From contig JBILLK010000010.1 in NCBI GenBank assembly GCA_044376115.1, forward strand, positions 160,001 through 224,000: a DNA stretch of 64,000 nucleotides. The letters run 5' to 3'. The notes under the pieces are model-generated. The model ran no database searches. It saw only the letters and a program-made list of their open reading frames with translations, and was not told where the DNA came from. The stretch comes from Polyangiaceae bacterium (lineage in GTDB: Bacteria; Myxococcota_A; Polyangia; Polyangiales; Polyangiaceae). A program made the translations under genes and the position numbers. Shown here in pieces: positions 12,647 through 21,077 of this stretch; the first letter of the stretch is position 1, and each line of letters starts with the position of its first letter.

Positions 12647-14437
12647 TCATTCAGGCTGGTCGGAGTCGGACGGGCGTTCGATGCCGACCAGCTTGAAGCC
12701 TTTGTCACCCAAGTCGTAGAAGTGTGCGCGCAGTGGGCCCGGTGCGATGCCGTTCTGCAGATCGACCACGGCGTAGCGGGAAGGAGAATCCGCCGGCAGC
12801 TTCGCGTCGGAAGCGACCTTGGGTAGCTTGACGCAGACCTTCCCGGCCGCGAGCACCTCCACTTTGAGCGCTTGGTTCTGCTCGAGGGACGTGCCCGACC
12901 ACAGCGAGCCGCTGTACTGGAAGTCCTTCTCCGGCCAGGTCCCCGCCTGCCGTGCGAGGTCCGTCGCGCAGATCGTGGAGCCCTCCGCAGTCACCTCGGC
13001 GAGCGGCGAGAGCTTCGAGAAGTAACGCAGGCGGATGGCATTGCGACGCGCGATCAAGAGCTGGGTGAGCAGCTCAGGGTGGCCCTTTTGCGCGAACTCT
13101 CCGAGCTTGACGATGGCAGCGATCGAAGCGTCATCGAAGCGCGTGATGATGCGGGTCATCCAAGCTGCATCGAGCTCGGTCATGCGTGCGAAGGCTGGAT
13201 TCGGGTAACCGCCTTTCCATTCCTCCGGCTCGAAGACGTCATTGGCGAAGTAGGAGAACTGCTCAGCCCCCGGCGTCTTTTTGGAGACGTCCCACGGACG
13301 CTGGGGAATACCGAGCGTCACGAAGTCGAAGGCGACGTCCCCCGGATCGAAGTAGTAGCTCTTGTTGATACGGCGATTCAGCGCGTCCCAAGCCCAATGC
13401 GTTCCGAACGAGTCGCCCATGTCGATGTACCAATGCAACGTATGGCCGGGCGACGAGTCCTTGTTCTCGTCGTCGACGCTCATCCAGGTGGTCATCGAGT
13501 TTTGCTCGCGTGAATCGAAGTGCGCGAGCCAAGCGGCCATCAAACGTGCACCGCGCAGATCGCGGCGGTCTTCATGGGGGATCACGTCGTTCGGATCGTC
13601 ACTGCGCGTCTCCTCGTACTTGAACGGCCCCACGGTGCGCCCCGGCAGCCAGCGCGAAGCGAGCATGCGCACGAGGTCCCCACGCTTTTGCGCTTTGTTG
13701 AGCACGTTGTCGAGCGCGGCCTGATCGAAGTCCTTCTCGATACCGCTGTTGTCGGCGAACTTCAGACCTGGGGTCAGCTTGAGCAGCCGCCTCGGCACAT
13801 AGATCACCGTGTCGCAAACCGACCAATAGCCGGCGGCATGATAGAGGCGCGCTGCGATGGTTGCGGCGCCGGTGGCCTTGTCTCCCTCACCGTCCGGATC
13901 CGCCTTCAGGAGGTATTTGCCAACGCCTTTGATGTTCACTCGAAAGCCCGGGTTCGCCCCGTTTGGCTTGCCTTGGTCCACCACCCAGCTGCCATCTGCG
14001 TCATTCAGCGGATCGAGCGTGCGCTTGGGGCAACTGCCTCGCTGCAGCTCCTCGATCGACATCTCCTGAACGCCGATGCGGTTGGTGAACCAGGAGGAGT
14101 TGGGGACCTCGTCCACAGCGTTGACGTTCTTCGCCTCAAAGCCCACGTCTACGGCGAGGAACTTCACGATGGGGCGGAACACCGTCTTGTCTGCAACGTC
14201 CCAAGCGAACGGCGAGACGTAGTCCTTGGGCCGGCAAAGCGTCTTGACCTTACCGTCCTCGCCCTTCTCCTCGTAGCAGGGGACAGCAACCGGACTCAGG
14301 TCCTGATCGAGCCACACAGGATCGCGTAGCGGAAACCTGCGTGGATCGCTCGACGCACACGCCGTCAACATGGTGAGCGCCAAACCTGTTCGACCCAGCA
14401 TCGAGGCTCTCGTTCGGCGCGCGTCAGTGCCCTTCAT
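12647..14437 (-). CDS. lipoprotein with atypical (HipA/PI3K/CotH-like) kinase signature
   Basis: Lipobox LTAC after ATG 14437; GKPNGANPGF loop, YLLKAD, AHFDSREQN (DxxxxN), YIDMG (DFG-like). Confidence 0.65.
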   Translation of the reverse strand: MKGTDARRTRASMLGRTGLALTMLTACASSDPRRFPLRDPVWLDQDLSPVAVPCYEEKGEDGKVKTLCRPKDYVSPFAWDVADKTVFRPIVKFLAVDVGFEAKNVNAVDEVPNSSWFTNRIGVQEMSIEELQRGSCPKRTLDPLNDADGSWVVDQGKPNGANPGFRVNIKGVGKYLLKADPDGEGDKATGAATIAARLYHAAGYWSVCDTVIYVPRRLLKLTPGLKFADNSGIEKDFDQAALDNVLNKAQKRGDLVRMLASRWLPGRTVGPFKYEETRSDDPNDVIPHEDRRDLRGARLMAAWLAHFDSREQNSMTTWMSVDDENKDSSPGHTLHWYIDMGDSFGTHWAWDALNRRINKSYYFDPGDVAFDFVTLGIPQRPWDVSKKTPGAEQFSYFANDVFEPEEWKGGYPNPAFARMTELDAAWMTRIITRFDDASIAAIVKLGEFAQKGHPELLTQLLIARRNAIRLRYFSKLSPLAEVTAEGSTICATDLARQAGTWPEKDFQYSGSLWSGTSLEQNQALKVEVLAAGKVCVKLPKVASDAKLPADSPSRYAVVDLQNGIAPGPLRAHFYDLGDKGFKLVGIERPSDSDQPE

Positions 14438-14450
14438 ACGCGGGAAGGTA

Positions 14451-15329
14451 TCACGGGAATTCGGGCCAGAGGTCTCCTGTTGCCCACCGATAGCGAAGAC
14501 CGATCTGCCCGAGGTCTGCGCCGGCCAATCCAATTTCGTCTGGGTTGAACACGCTGAACACGGCGACCCCCACCGCCTCGAAGTGATGGGTCAAAGACAC
14601 CGCGACGGCCGGCCCTACCCGAACATTGACCAGCTCGCGCGCTGGATTCACGATCACCTCGGCGACTGCGCCGATCTGCAGCGTGTCAGGGTTGCCGACG
14701 CCAAACAGATAGCTCGCGCGGCCGCGTGCGACGAATGGCGCCGCGACCACCGTGCGCAGGTTGTCCTCCAACACGAAATAGCCCCTCGGCAGAAAGAAAA
14801 TACCGTATGCGCCGCCGCCTATGCCGAGCGTACCGACGGGCAGTGGGATGTTGAAGTTCACCTCGCCATCCACCGTCAAGTAGTGGCTTTTCAAGCCCTC
14901 ATCAGCGTCCAGGTCGGTACGCGTGACCACCTCTTTCTCGGGAATCAATCGCTGGCTAAAGAGCGAAACGAAGCGACTACCAAAGCGCAGATTGGCCCAC
15001 GGCAGGACTGCGCGAATCCCGAGAAACTCCGATAGACCACGCAAAGAGAGGTTGGAGGTCAGCTCCAAACCCGCCCACTCGTGGTGCGGTTTTCCGATGC
15101 CGAGATCGAGCTCAGTACGCACGGCAATGCCGGCCGTATCGAAGGTGACAGCCGCAAAGGGTCGGGTGGGCCCGGCCCCCCAGTAAGGGCGAAAGGTGCC
15201 GATATCGACGCGGCTTGCAGCGGACGGCGGGGAGACGCCGGAAGAAGCTCGCAACTCTTGAGAAGCGGCCGAATCAGGGATGAGCAGCGCCCACAAGCTC
15301 GCCAACGAGGCCCAAGCGAAACGGCGCAT
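14451..15329 (-). CDS. secreted, probable outer-membrane beta-barrel protein
   Basis: ATG 15329 overlaps the PAP2 stop (ATGA); signal peptide MRRFAWASLASLWALL; alternating amphipathic strands ending GLRYRW. Confidence 0.6.
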   Translation of the reverse strand: MRRFAWASLASLWALLIPDSAASQELRASSGVSPPSAASRVDIGTFRPYWGAGPTRPFAAVTFDTAGIAVRTELDLGIGKPHHEWAGLELTSNLSLRGLSEFLGIRAVLPWANLRFGSRFVSLFSQRLIPEKEVVTRTDLDADEGLKSHYLTVDGEVNFNIPLPVGTLGIGGGAYGIFFLPRGYFVLEDNLRTVVAAPFVARGRASYLFGVGNPDTLQIGAVAEVIVNPARELVNVRVGPAVAVSLTHHFEAVGVAVFSVFNPDEIGLAGADLGQIGLRYRWATGDLWPEFP

Positions 15330-16456
15330 CAGAACGTCCCCCCGGCAGAAACCCCGCCCGGAGTCGGCATCACGTAGACATTCTCGGGCAGGCCCAGGCT
15401 CGTCATGGCCTCCTTGATCGGCGCCTGGCCGTAGTGGAAGAGGTAGGGAATCCCCACGCCTGAAGCGATACCGAAGGCGGTGCCCACCATGATGTCGCTC
15501 ATGTAGTGCTGATCGGCGATCACCCGCAGCAAGGCAACGCCGGTCGCCAGCGTCATCGACGTAACGCACGGAACCGCTTCAATCGCGCCACCGCCGTAAA
15601 TAGGCAGGTTGGCGTGATGCACGCATGTGAGCGCAGCGAGTGTGAAGGCCGCCGTGGTGTGACCGCTGAAGAAGCTGCGGTAGCGGTTATTGCCCTGGCA
15701 ATCGGTGGTCGACTCTTCACGACCGCCTTCACCACACACGGCTCGTGCGTAGGGCCGCTCGCGTCCCACCACCGCTGAAACGAAGCTGTTGATACCGGCG
15801 GAGAAGGAGACCGCCTGCACGTCGATCAACGCCATCTGAAAGGCCGTAGAGCCCTTGTCGTGGAACCACCAGGTGGCGAACAGCGTGTCGACGAGCTGCT
15901 GGTTCACGAGCAGCACCAGGCCCACGTCGCTCGCATCACGGGCGTACAAATAGCCGTCGTAGTTCTTTGCGCGAAGCACGTCGCGCGCTGCGTCGTCAAA
16001 GGCGTTGGGGCTACTCCAACGCGGAGCTCCCGGTATCGCCTGAGAGCCCACGGCGAGCAGCGCTTGCCCGATCGAAAGACCGTATTGAGCGATGCTAAAC
16101 TTGGGCCAGCGCCATTCGAGCTGGGAGCTCAGGCTCGAGGACTTGGGCTGCGTTCGTCGCGGCTCGGGAGGTCGAGCCAACGCATCCTCCACGCGAATCA
16201 ACGGCGCTGAGTCGTCTCCCTCGCTGCGGTCCTTGCCGGCACCCGTAACGATATCGCTACCTACGGGCTCGCCGGAGTTGGCGGGTTGCGACGAGTTCTT
16301 GGCTGGTGGTGCAGGTTCGCTCGGCAACGGCGCACTTGACGGCGCCGCGGGCGGCTCCGCTGGGGCTGCTGACGGCTGCGCTTGCACAACCTCCGAGGTC
16401 AGTAACAGGCCCAGGAAGATCGTTGCCCCAGTAAGAAACGAAGGTTGATCACGCAT
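15329..16456 (-). CDS. PAP2 family membrane phosphatase with signal peptide
   Basis: GRERPY (C1), SFFSGHT (C2), RVIADQHYMSD (C3), several TM helices. Confidence 0.88.
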   Translation of the reverse strand: MRDQPSFLTGATIFLGLLLTSEVVQAQPSAAPAEPPAAPSSAPLPSEPAPPAKNSSQPANSGEPVGSDIVTGAGKDRSEGDDSAPLIRVEDALARPPEPRRTQPKSSSLSSQLEWRWPKFSIAQYGLSIGQALLAVGSQAIPGAPRWSSPNAFDDAARDVLRAKNYDGYLYARDASDVGLVLLVNQQLVDTLFATWWFHDKGSTAFQMALIDVQAVSFSAGINSFVSAVVGRERPYARAVCGEGGREESTTDCQGNNRYRSFFSGHTTAAFTLAALTCVHHANLPIYGGGAIEAVPCVTSMTLATGVALLRVIADQHYMSDIMVGTAFGIASGVGIPYLFHYGQAPIKEAMTSLGLPENVYVMPTPGGVSAGGTF

Positions 16457-16457
16457 C

Positions 16458-17624
16458 TCAGATCATTCGGGCGTACGCGAGGTACACCGACTCGAAGATT
16501 CCTGCGAGGTAGACAGCCCGATCCAAGAGCGCCCCCGCGTTCGACGCAGTAGGCGAACTCGACCGTCGATGCGCCCGCGCCAAAGTCTCCCCCACCACCC
16601 GCACCACCGCCGAGAGCTTTGGCCCGACGTGGAGCTTCGCCAAATCAAGCTTGTCCTCCTCGGGACACAACTTGCGCGCACACAAAGTTCCGAGCGCCGT
16701 TTCTCCGAGCGCGGCTAGCTGGCGAGGCGGGTGCTCCGCGAGCGCCTGCGCGCACGAGAGCACGCGCTGTGAAGCGTCCATAGAACCGCTGCCGAGCACC
16801 ACCTCAGCAGCGGACGCGGCGGCCTCTTTGAACTCGAACAGCCGCTCGGTACCGGTCGAGTCCACCACCAGGAACGCGATGCGCAAGCGGCCTAGACTGC
16901 CTGTGCCGGCAACGCGATGCGCGGCATCTACGATGCTCCAGGACTTGGCGTGGGAAGGAGCACGCGGGCCCAACGCGGTCTTGTAAGCATCCACAATCGT
17001 CGATAGCTGCTCACGTTCAGGGCCGGTGAGGTCGTGGTAGCGGTCGCCACGCACGAAGCTGCGTCTGCCACCGATCAGTGGCGCACGCATCTCCAGGAGC
17101 TCCTTTCTCGTGCGCTTACGCGCGCGCTCGCAGAGCTCTGCGATCGGCTTGACGGCCATCGCCCGAGCAAGCGAGCCGAGCGGTGCCTCGGTGAAGAGCT
17201 CCGCTTCGTAGGCGTCGAGCAGCTCGCGTGCGAGCGCGAGGGACTCGGGTGCTGAAGCCTGGAACGAGCGCCCGGCCAAGAGCACGCTGGTCGTAAGCCT
17301 TAGCGTGTCGAACCAGTGAGGACCCGTCGTCGCGTCGTCAAAGTCGTTGAGGTCGAAGGCGATCTCATCCGCGTCGGTGCGATAGGCACCAACGTTCTCG
17401 AGGTGCATGTCGCCGACGATGGGCCCGACCGACCCACTCGCCAGCGAGAGTTCCGGCAGATCCCGCAAGAGCTCGTAGAACAACCGAGCGCTCCCACGAA
17501 AGAACCCAAACGGGCTGAGCGCGAGCTTGCGCTGTTTGCGGGTTCGATAGCCGTCTTCCGCAATGACCTCACCGTCGATCGCAACTTGACGCTTCGCGAG
17601 GTCGAACGGGTCAGGCAGCAGCAC
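16458..17624 (-). CDS. DUF2252 family (kinase-like fold) protein
   Basis: SPFGFFRGSA, GDMHLENVG, FDLNDFDDA, RVAGTGSLG, FKEA. Confidence 0.85.
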   Translation of the reverse strand: MLLPDPFDLAKRQVAIDGEVIAEDGYRTRKQRKLALSPFGFFRGSARLFYELLRDLPELSLASGSVGPIVGDMHLENVGAYRTDADEIAFDLNDFDDATTGPHWFDTLRLTTSVLLAGRSFQASAPESLALARELLDAYEAELFTEAPLGSLARAMAVKPIAELCERARKRTRKELLEMRAPLIGGRRSFVRGDRYHDLTGPEREQLSTIVDAYKTALGPRAPSHAKSWSIVDAAHRVAGTGSLGRLRIAFLVVDSTGTERLFEFKEAAASAAEVVLGSGSMDASQRVLSCAQALAEHPPRQLAALGETALGTLCARKLCPEEDKLDLAKLHVGPKLSAVVRVVGETLARAHRRSSSPTASNAGALLDRAVYLAGIFESVYLAYARMI

Positions 17625-17704
17625 GGCACGAAACTATCAAGCTCGCGCGCTGCCGAATAGCAGAGAAGCCACTGTGCACGCGCAAGCCCGCCCAATCCGG
17701 CTTG

Positions 17705-18118
17705 TCACGGCTCGAAGCCAGAAAGACGCAGCAAAGCTTGGTCAACGCGCTGCGGCGAGGGCGGCCGCTCCCCCGAAGCGCGCGCCCGCATGAACTCCAC
17801 CAGCTCGAACTCGAGCAGCGTCAGGTGCGCAGTGCGGCGCAGCCCCAGCGCGGGGACGTTCACTCGCACCACGACTTCATCCTCGCTGGGCGAGAACTCG
17901 ACCGTCTTCTCCTCATCGCGCAACAACAGCCGCACGAGACCACGCACGACCCGGGCTCGACGTTGCACCGAGCGCATATTGGGCGAGCGGTAGAGCTCGA
18001 AGTGTTGGTTGCGGGAGTACGTCGTTGGCGAGAGAACAAGCGCAGCGAGCAGACCATCGCCATCGAGTGCGACGTTGGCTTTTGCCCCAGGAGGGACCGT
18101 CCCCAAACGCCCAGCCAC
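17705..18118 (-). CDS. hypothetical protein
   Basis: 137 aa ORF starting 2 nt after the prfA stop. Confidence 0.6.
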   Translation of the reverse strand: MAGRLGTVPPGAKANVALDGDGLLAALVLSPTTYSRNQHFELYRSPNMRSVQRRARVVRGLVRLLLRDEEKTVEFSPSEDEVVVRVNVPALGLRRTAHLTLLEFELVEFMRARASGERPPSPQRVDQALLRLSGFEP

Positions 18119-18120
18119 CT

Positions 18121-19191
18121 TCAGGAGCTCTCCGTGCCCTTGAGCAGCTCGGCTTGCCGATGCGAACGCAAGGCCCCGATCAGCTCGTCGAGGTCTCCTG
18201 CCATGACCGCCTCGAGTTTGTGCAAGGTCAGCTGGATCCGATGATCGGTCACGCGGTTCTGGGGGTAGTTGTAGGTCCGCACCTTTTGCGAACGCTCGGC
18301 CGAACCCACCATGTTCTTGCGCTCGGCTGAAAGTGCGTCATCCGCCTTGCGCTGCTCGATCTCGAGCAAACGCGAGCGAAGCACTTTGAGCGCTCTCGCC
18401 TTGTTTTTCAGCTGGGAACGCTCGTCCTGGCACTTGACGATGATGCCGGTAGGGATGTGGCGGATCTGAACGGCGCTGTTGGTCGTGTTCACGCCTTGAC
18501 CGCCGGGGCCACCGCTGGCCGCGATGCTGATCTCGAGGTCCTTGTCATCGACGTTGACGTCCACTTCATCCGCCTCCGGCAGGATGGCAACCGTCGCCGT
18601 CGAGGTGTGGATTCTACCTTGCGCCTCCGTCGCTGGAACGCGCTGGACGCGATGAACCCCGCCTTCGAAGCGGAGCTTCGAATAGACGTCGGGCCCGGTC
18701 ACCAAAGCGATGATCTCCTTGTAACCGCCGGCGGCCGCCTCACTCACGCTGAGCACCTCCACCGTCCAGCGGTGGCGCTCCGCGAAGCGCGTGATCATTC
18801 GGAATAGGTCGGCGGCGAACAAGGCGGCTTCCTCGCCACCCTCGCCTTGCCGGATCTCGAGCACGGTGTTCTTCGAATCGTTCGGATCGCGCGGCAAAAG
18901 CAACACACGAACTTCTTGCTCGAGCGCCGTCTGCTGTTCTTCGAGCTCGGGCAGTTCGGCTTGGGCCAACTCCGCGAGGTCCGGATCCGCGAGCGCCTCC
19001 TTGTCTTCCGCGATGCGTTTCTCAAGCTCCAGCAGCTTGGCAAACGCGTTCACCACCGGCTCGAGCTCGGTGCGTTCACGGTTCAACTTGGTGATCTGGT
19101 TCGAGTCGGAGAGGACGGCCGGGCTGCAGAGCAGATGCTCCAACTCGGAGTAGCGGCGTTGCACCGCTTCCAATTTATTTCGGGGGAGCAT
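18121..19191 (-). CDS. prfA: peptide chain release factor 1
   Basis: GVHRVQRVPAT (PxT, RF1-specific), GPGGQGVN, RTYNYPQNRVTDHRI. Confidence 0.98.
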   Translation of the reverse strand: MLPRNKLEAVQRRYSELEHLLCSPAVLSDSNQITKLNRERTELEPVVNAFAKLLELEKRIAEDKEALADPDLAELAQAELPELEEQQTALEQEVRVLLLPRDPNDSKNTVLEIRQGEGGEEAALFAADLFRMITRFAERHRWTVEVLSVSEAAAGGYKEIIALVTGPDVYSKLRFEGGVHRVQRVPATEAQGRIHTSTATVAILPEADEVDVNVDDKDLEISIAASGGPGGQGVNTTNSAVQIRHIPTGIIVKCQDERSQLKNKARALKVLRSRLLEIEQRKADDALSAERKNMVGSAERSQKVRTYNYPQNRVTDHRIQLTLHKLEAVMAGDLDELIGALRSHRQAELLKGTESS

Positions 19192-20489
19192 TACGCACTC
19201 GCCTCTCCGCCAGCCATTTCAGCGTAGGCGGGATGGCTCACAAGGTTGTCATACGATTCGAAGGTGCGATCAGGGTGCTCCTCCGGAAGGACGGCCGTCG
19301 CGTTCGCCAGCGCGCTGCGCAGTGAAGCCAACGCGACCTCGAGCTGATCGTCATCGGGCTTGGCGGTGGTGATCTTTTGCACCAAAAAGCCCGGCCATAG
19401 CAGGACTTGCAGCGGGCCGGTGGTGCAGTACTTGGCGAGGACCTTCTGAATCTCCAAGGTGATACCAGCGATCACCGGCAAGAGCGGCAGCTTCATGAAG
19501 AAGAAGATTACGGCTTGCAAGGCGCGCGGCGCTTGGATGGTGGGCATCACGCTGCCCAACGCGGAGAAGAGCACGACGCTGACGAAGGCCACCATGATGA
19601 TGAAGGTGGTTCCGCAGCGGGCATGCAGCGCGCTCACGTTGCGAGCGTTCGACAAAAGAAGCGGCTTTTGCGCTTCATAGGTCGAAATCGACATGTGCTC
19701 GGCACCGTGATACTCGAACATGCGTCGGAAATCGCGCACCTGCCGGAGCGCCAAGAACAGCGTGATGATGATCGTCAGCTTGGCCGCGCCGGTGAGAGCC
19801 TGAAGCAGCGGATGGGTGACCGGGTAGAGGTCCTTGTCGAGGCCGAGCAAGCGGGCGATCCCCTCGGCGGCCAACTGCGGGGCTGCCACGTACAACCCGA
19901 GGGCGAACAACACGGGTAGCACCGTCATCACGATGGACGTCGGCGGCGCCTCCTCTACCACGTACTCAACGACCTCTTTGGTCTTCGGCTTGGAGGGCTT
20001 GGTGGCCTCGCTCGCATTTGCCTGCGCCTTCTCCTTCGAAGCCTCGGCCTCGAGCTCGTCCTCATCCGACGACGCGGCGGTCATCGACGCCTGCATCAAA
20101 GCCATCAGTGAGAGCTTGCTCGCGCCTGGAACCGACTTGGGCTTCGACTTCGGCTGGGGGGTGGTTGCACCGGCTTTGTCGGCGGCTTCCTGCTCACGGA
20201 AATCGGCTTCCATGATGCGCCCACTCCACTGAAGGGCCTGATGCCCAATCTTGATGGCGGAGAAGAACGTGTAGGCCCCGCGAACAATGGGGATCTTCAC
20301 GAGCGGCGACTTGGACACGGGAACGGTGCGCTCACGCAGCACCAGGCTGCCATTGGCCCGACGACAAACCACCGAAAGCGAGCCCGGCGCCCGCATCATC
20401 ACGCCCTCGATCACGGCCTGCCCGCCAACATTCGTGGGAGTGGGCTTCTCAACTTCGGCGGACTCAGAGGTGGTGACGGTTTGGCTCAT
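19191..20489 (-). CDS. DUF1385 membrane protein
   Basis: VGGQAVIEGVMM, FEYHGAEH, HARCGTTF, TTAKPDDDQLEVA; usual rpmE-prfA neighbourhood. Confidence 0.9.
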   Translation of the reverse strand: MSQTVTTSESAEVEKPTPTNVGGQAVIEGVMMRAPGSLSVVCRRANGSLVLRERTVPVSKSPLVKIPIVRGAYTFFSAIKIGHQALQWSGRIMEADFREQEAADKAGATTPQPKSKPKSVPGASKLSLMALMQASMTAASSDEDELEAEASKEKAQANASEATKPSKPKTKEVVEYVVEEAPPTSIVMTVLPVLFALGLYVAAPQLAAEGIARLLGLDKDLYPVTHPLLQALTGAAKLTIIITLFLALRQVRDFRRMFEYHGAEHMSISTYEAQKPLLLSNARNVSALHARCGTTFIIMVAFVSVVLFSALGSVMPTIQAPRALQAVIFFFMKLPLLPVIAGITLEIQKVLAKYCTTGPLQVLLWPGFLVQKITTAKPDDDQLEVALASLRSALANATAVLPEEHPDRTFESYDNLVSHPAYAEMAGGEASA

Positions 20490-20680
20490 GGCGTGTTTTC
20501 AACCTGAGGTTGAGGCAATTAGCAGGTTCACCTTGGCCCTCCCAGAAAGAGCAACCAACGGCCTGTGGCCGAAGGCGCTCCACTCATCCAAGTTTTCAGG
20601 AGGACGCGAGTTCCGCACTCTAGCAGGTCAAAGGCCAGTCAGCCGCTGCCTCGAAGACCAAGCGGAAACCGTGAACGACG

Positions 20681-20704
20681 AAGGCCGCCCTTGCGGACAG
20701 CCTT
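20681..20704 (-). terminator. hairpin downstream of rpmE
   Basis: Minus strand AAGGCTGTCC-GCAA-GGGCGGCCTT (GNRA loop, G:U pairs). Confidence 0.6.
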
Positions 20705-20794
20705 CCCGAGAAGCGTTCTTGAGCCATCCGAGCGTAGCGCCCACCGATGCGGGCTCGACTCGAACGGACGTTGGCCGGCTTCTTGGCCTGCGTT

Positions 20795-21001
20795 CTACTT
20801 GGCCTGCGCCGCGTACTTCTTGCGGAACTTGTCCACGCGACCAGCGGTATCCATCAGCTTCTGCTTGCCGGTGTAGAAGGGGTGGCAAGCTGAGCAGACG
20901 TCAGTGGAGAAGCTGCCCCGGGTGGAGTACGTCTCAAGGACCGAGCCGCAAGCACAGGTGACGGTTGCTTTGGCGTAGTTGGGGTGAATGCCGAGTTTCA
21001 T
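20795..21001 (-). CDS. rpmE: 50S ribosomal protein L31 (Zn-binding, Cys-containing type)
   Basis: MKLGIHPNY...CACG...[35 protein letters not shown] upstream. Confidence 0.97.
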   Translation of the reverse strand: MKLGIHPNYAKATVTCACGSVLETYSTRGSFSTDVCSACHPFYTGKQKLMDTAGRVDKFRKKYAAQAK

Positions 21002-21077
21002 CGAAGCGGACTCCTCGTTAGGGGCGGTGGATATAGTCCCCGAACTCAAAGCGCGCAAGCAGTTGTACACTGCCGGG

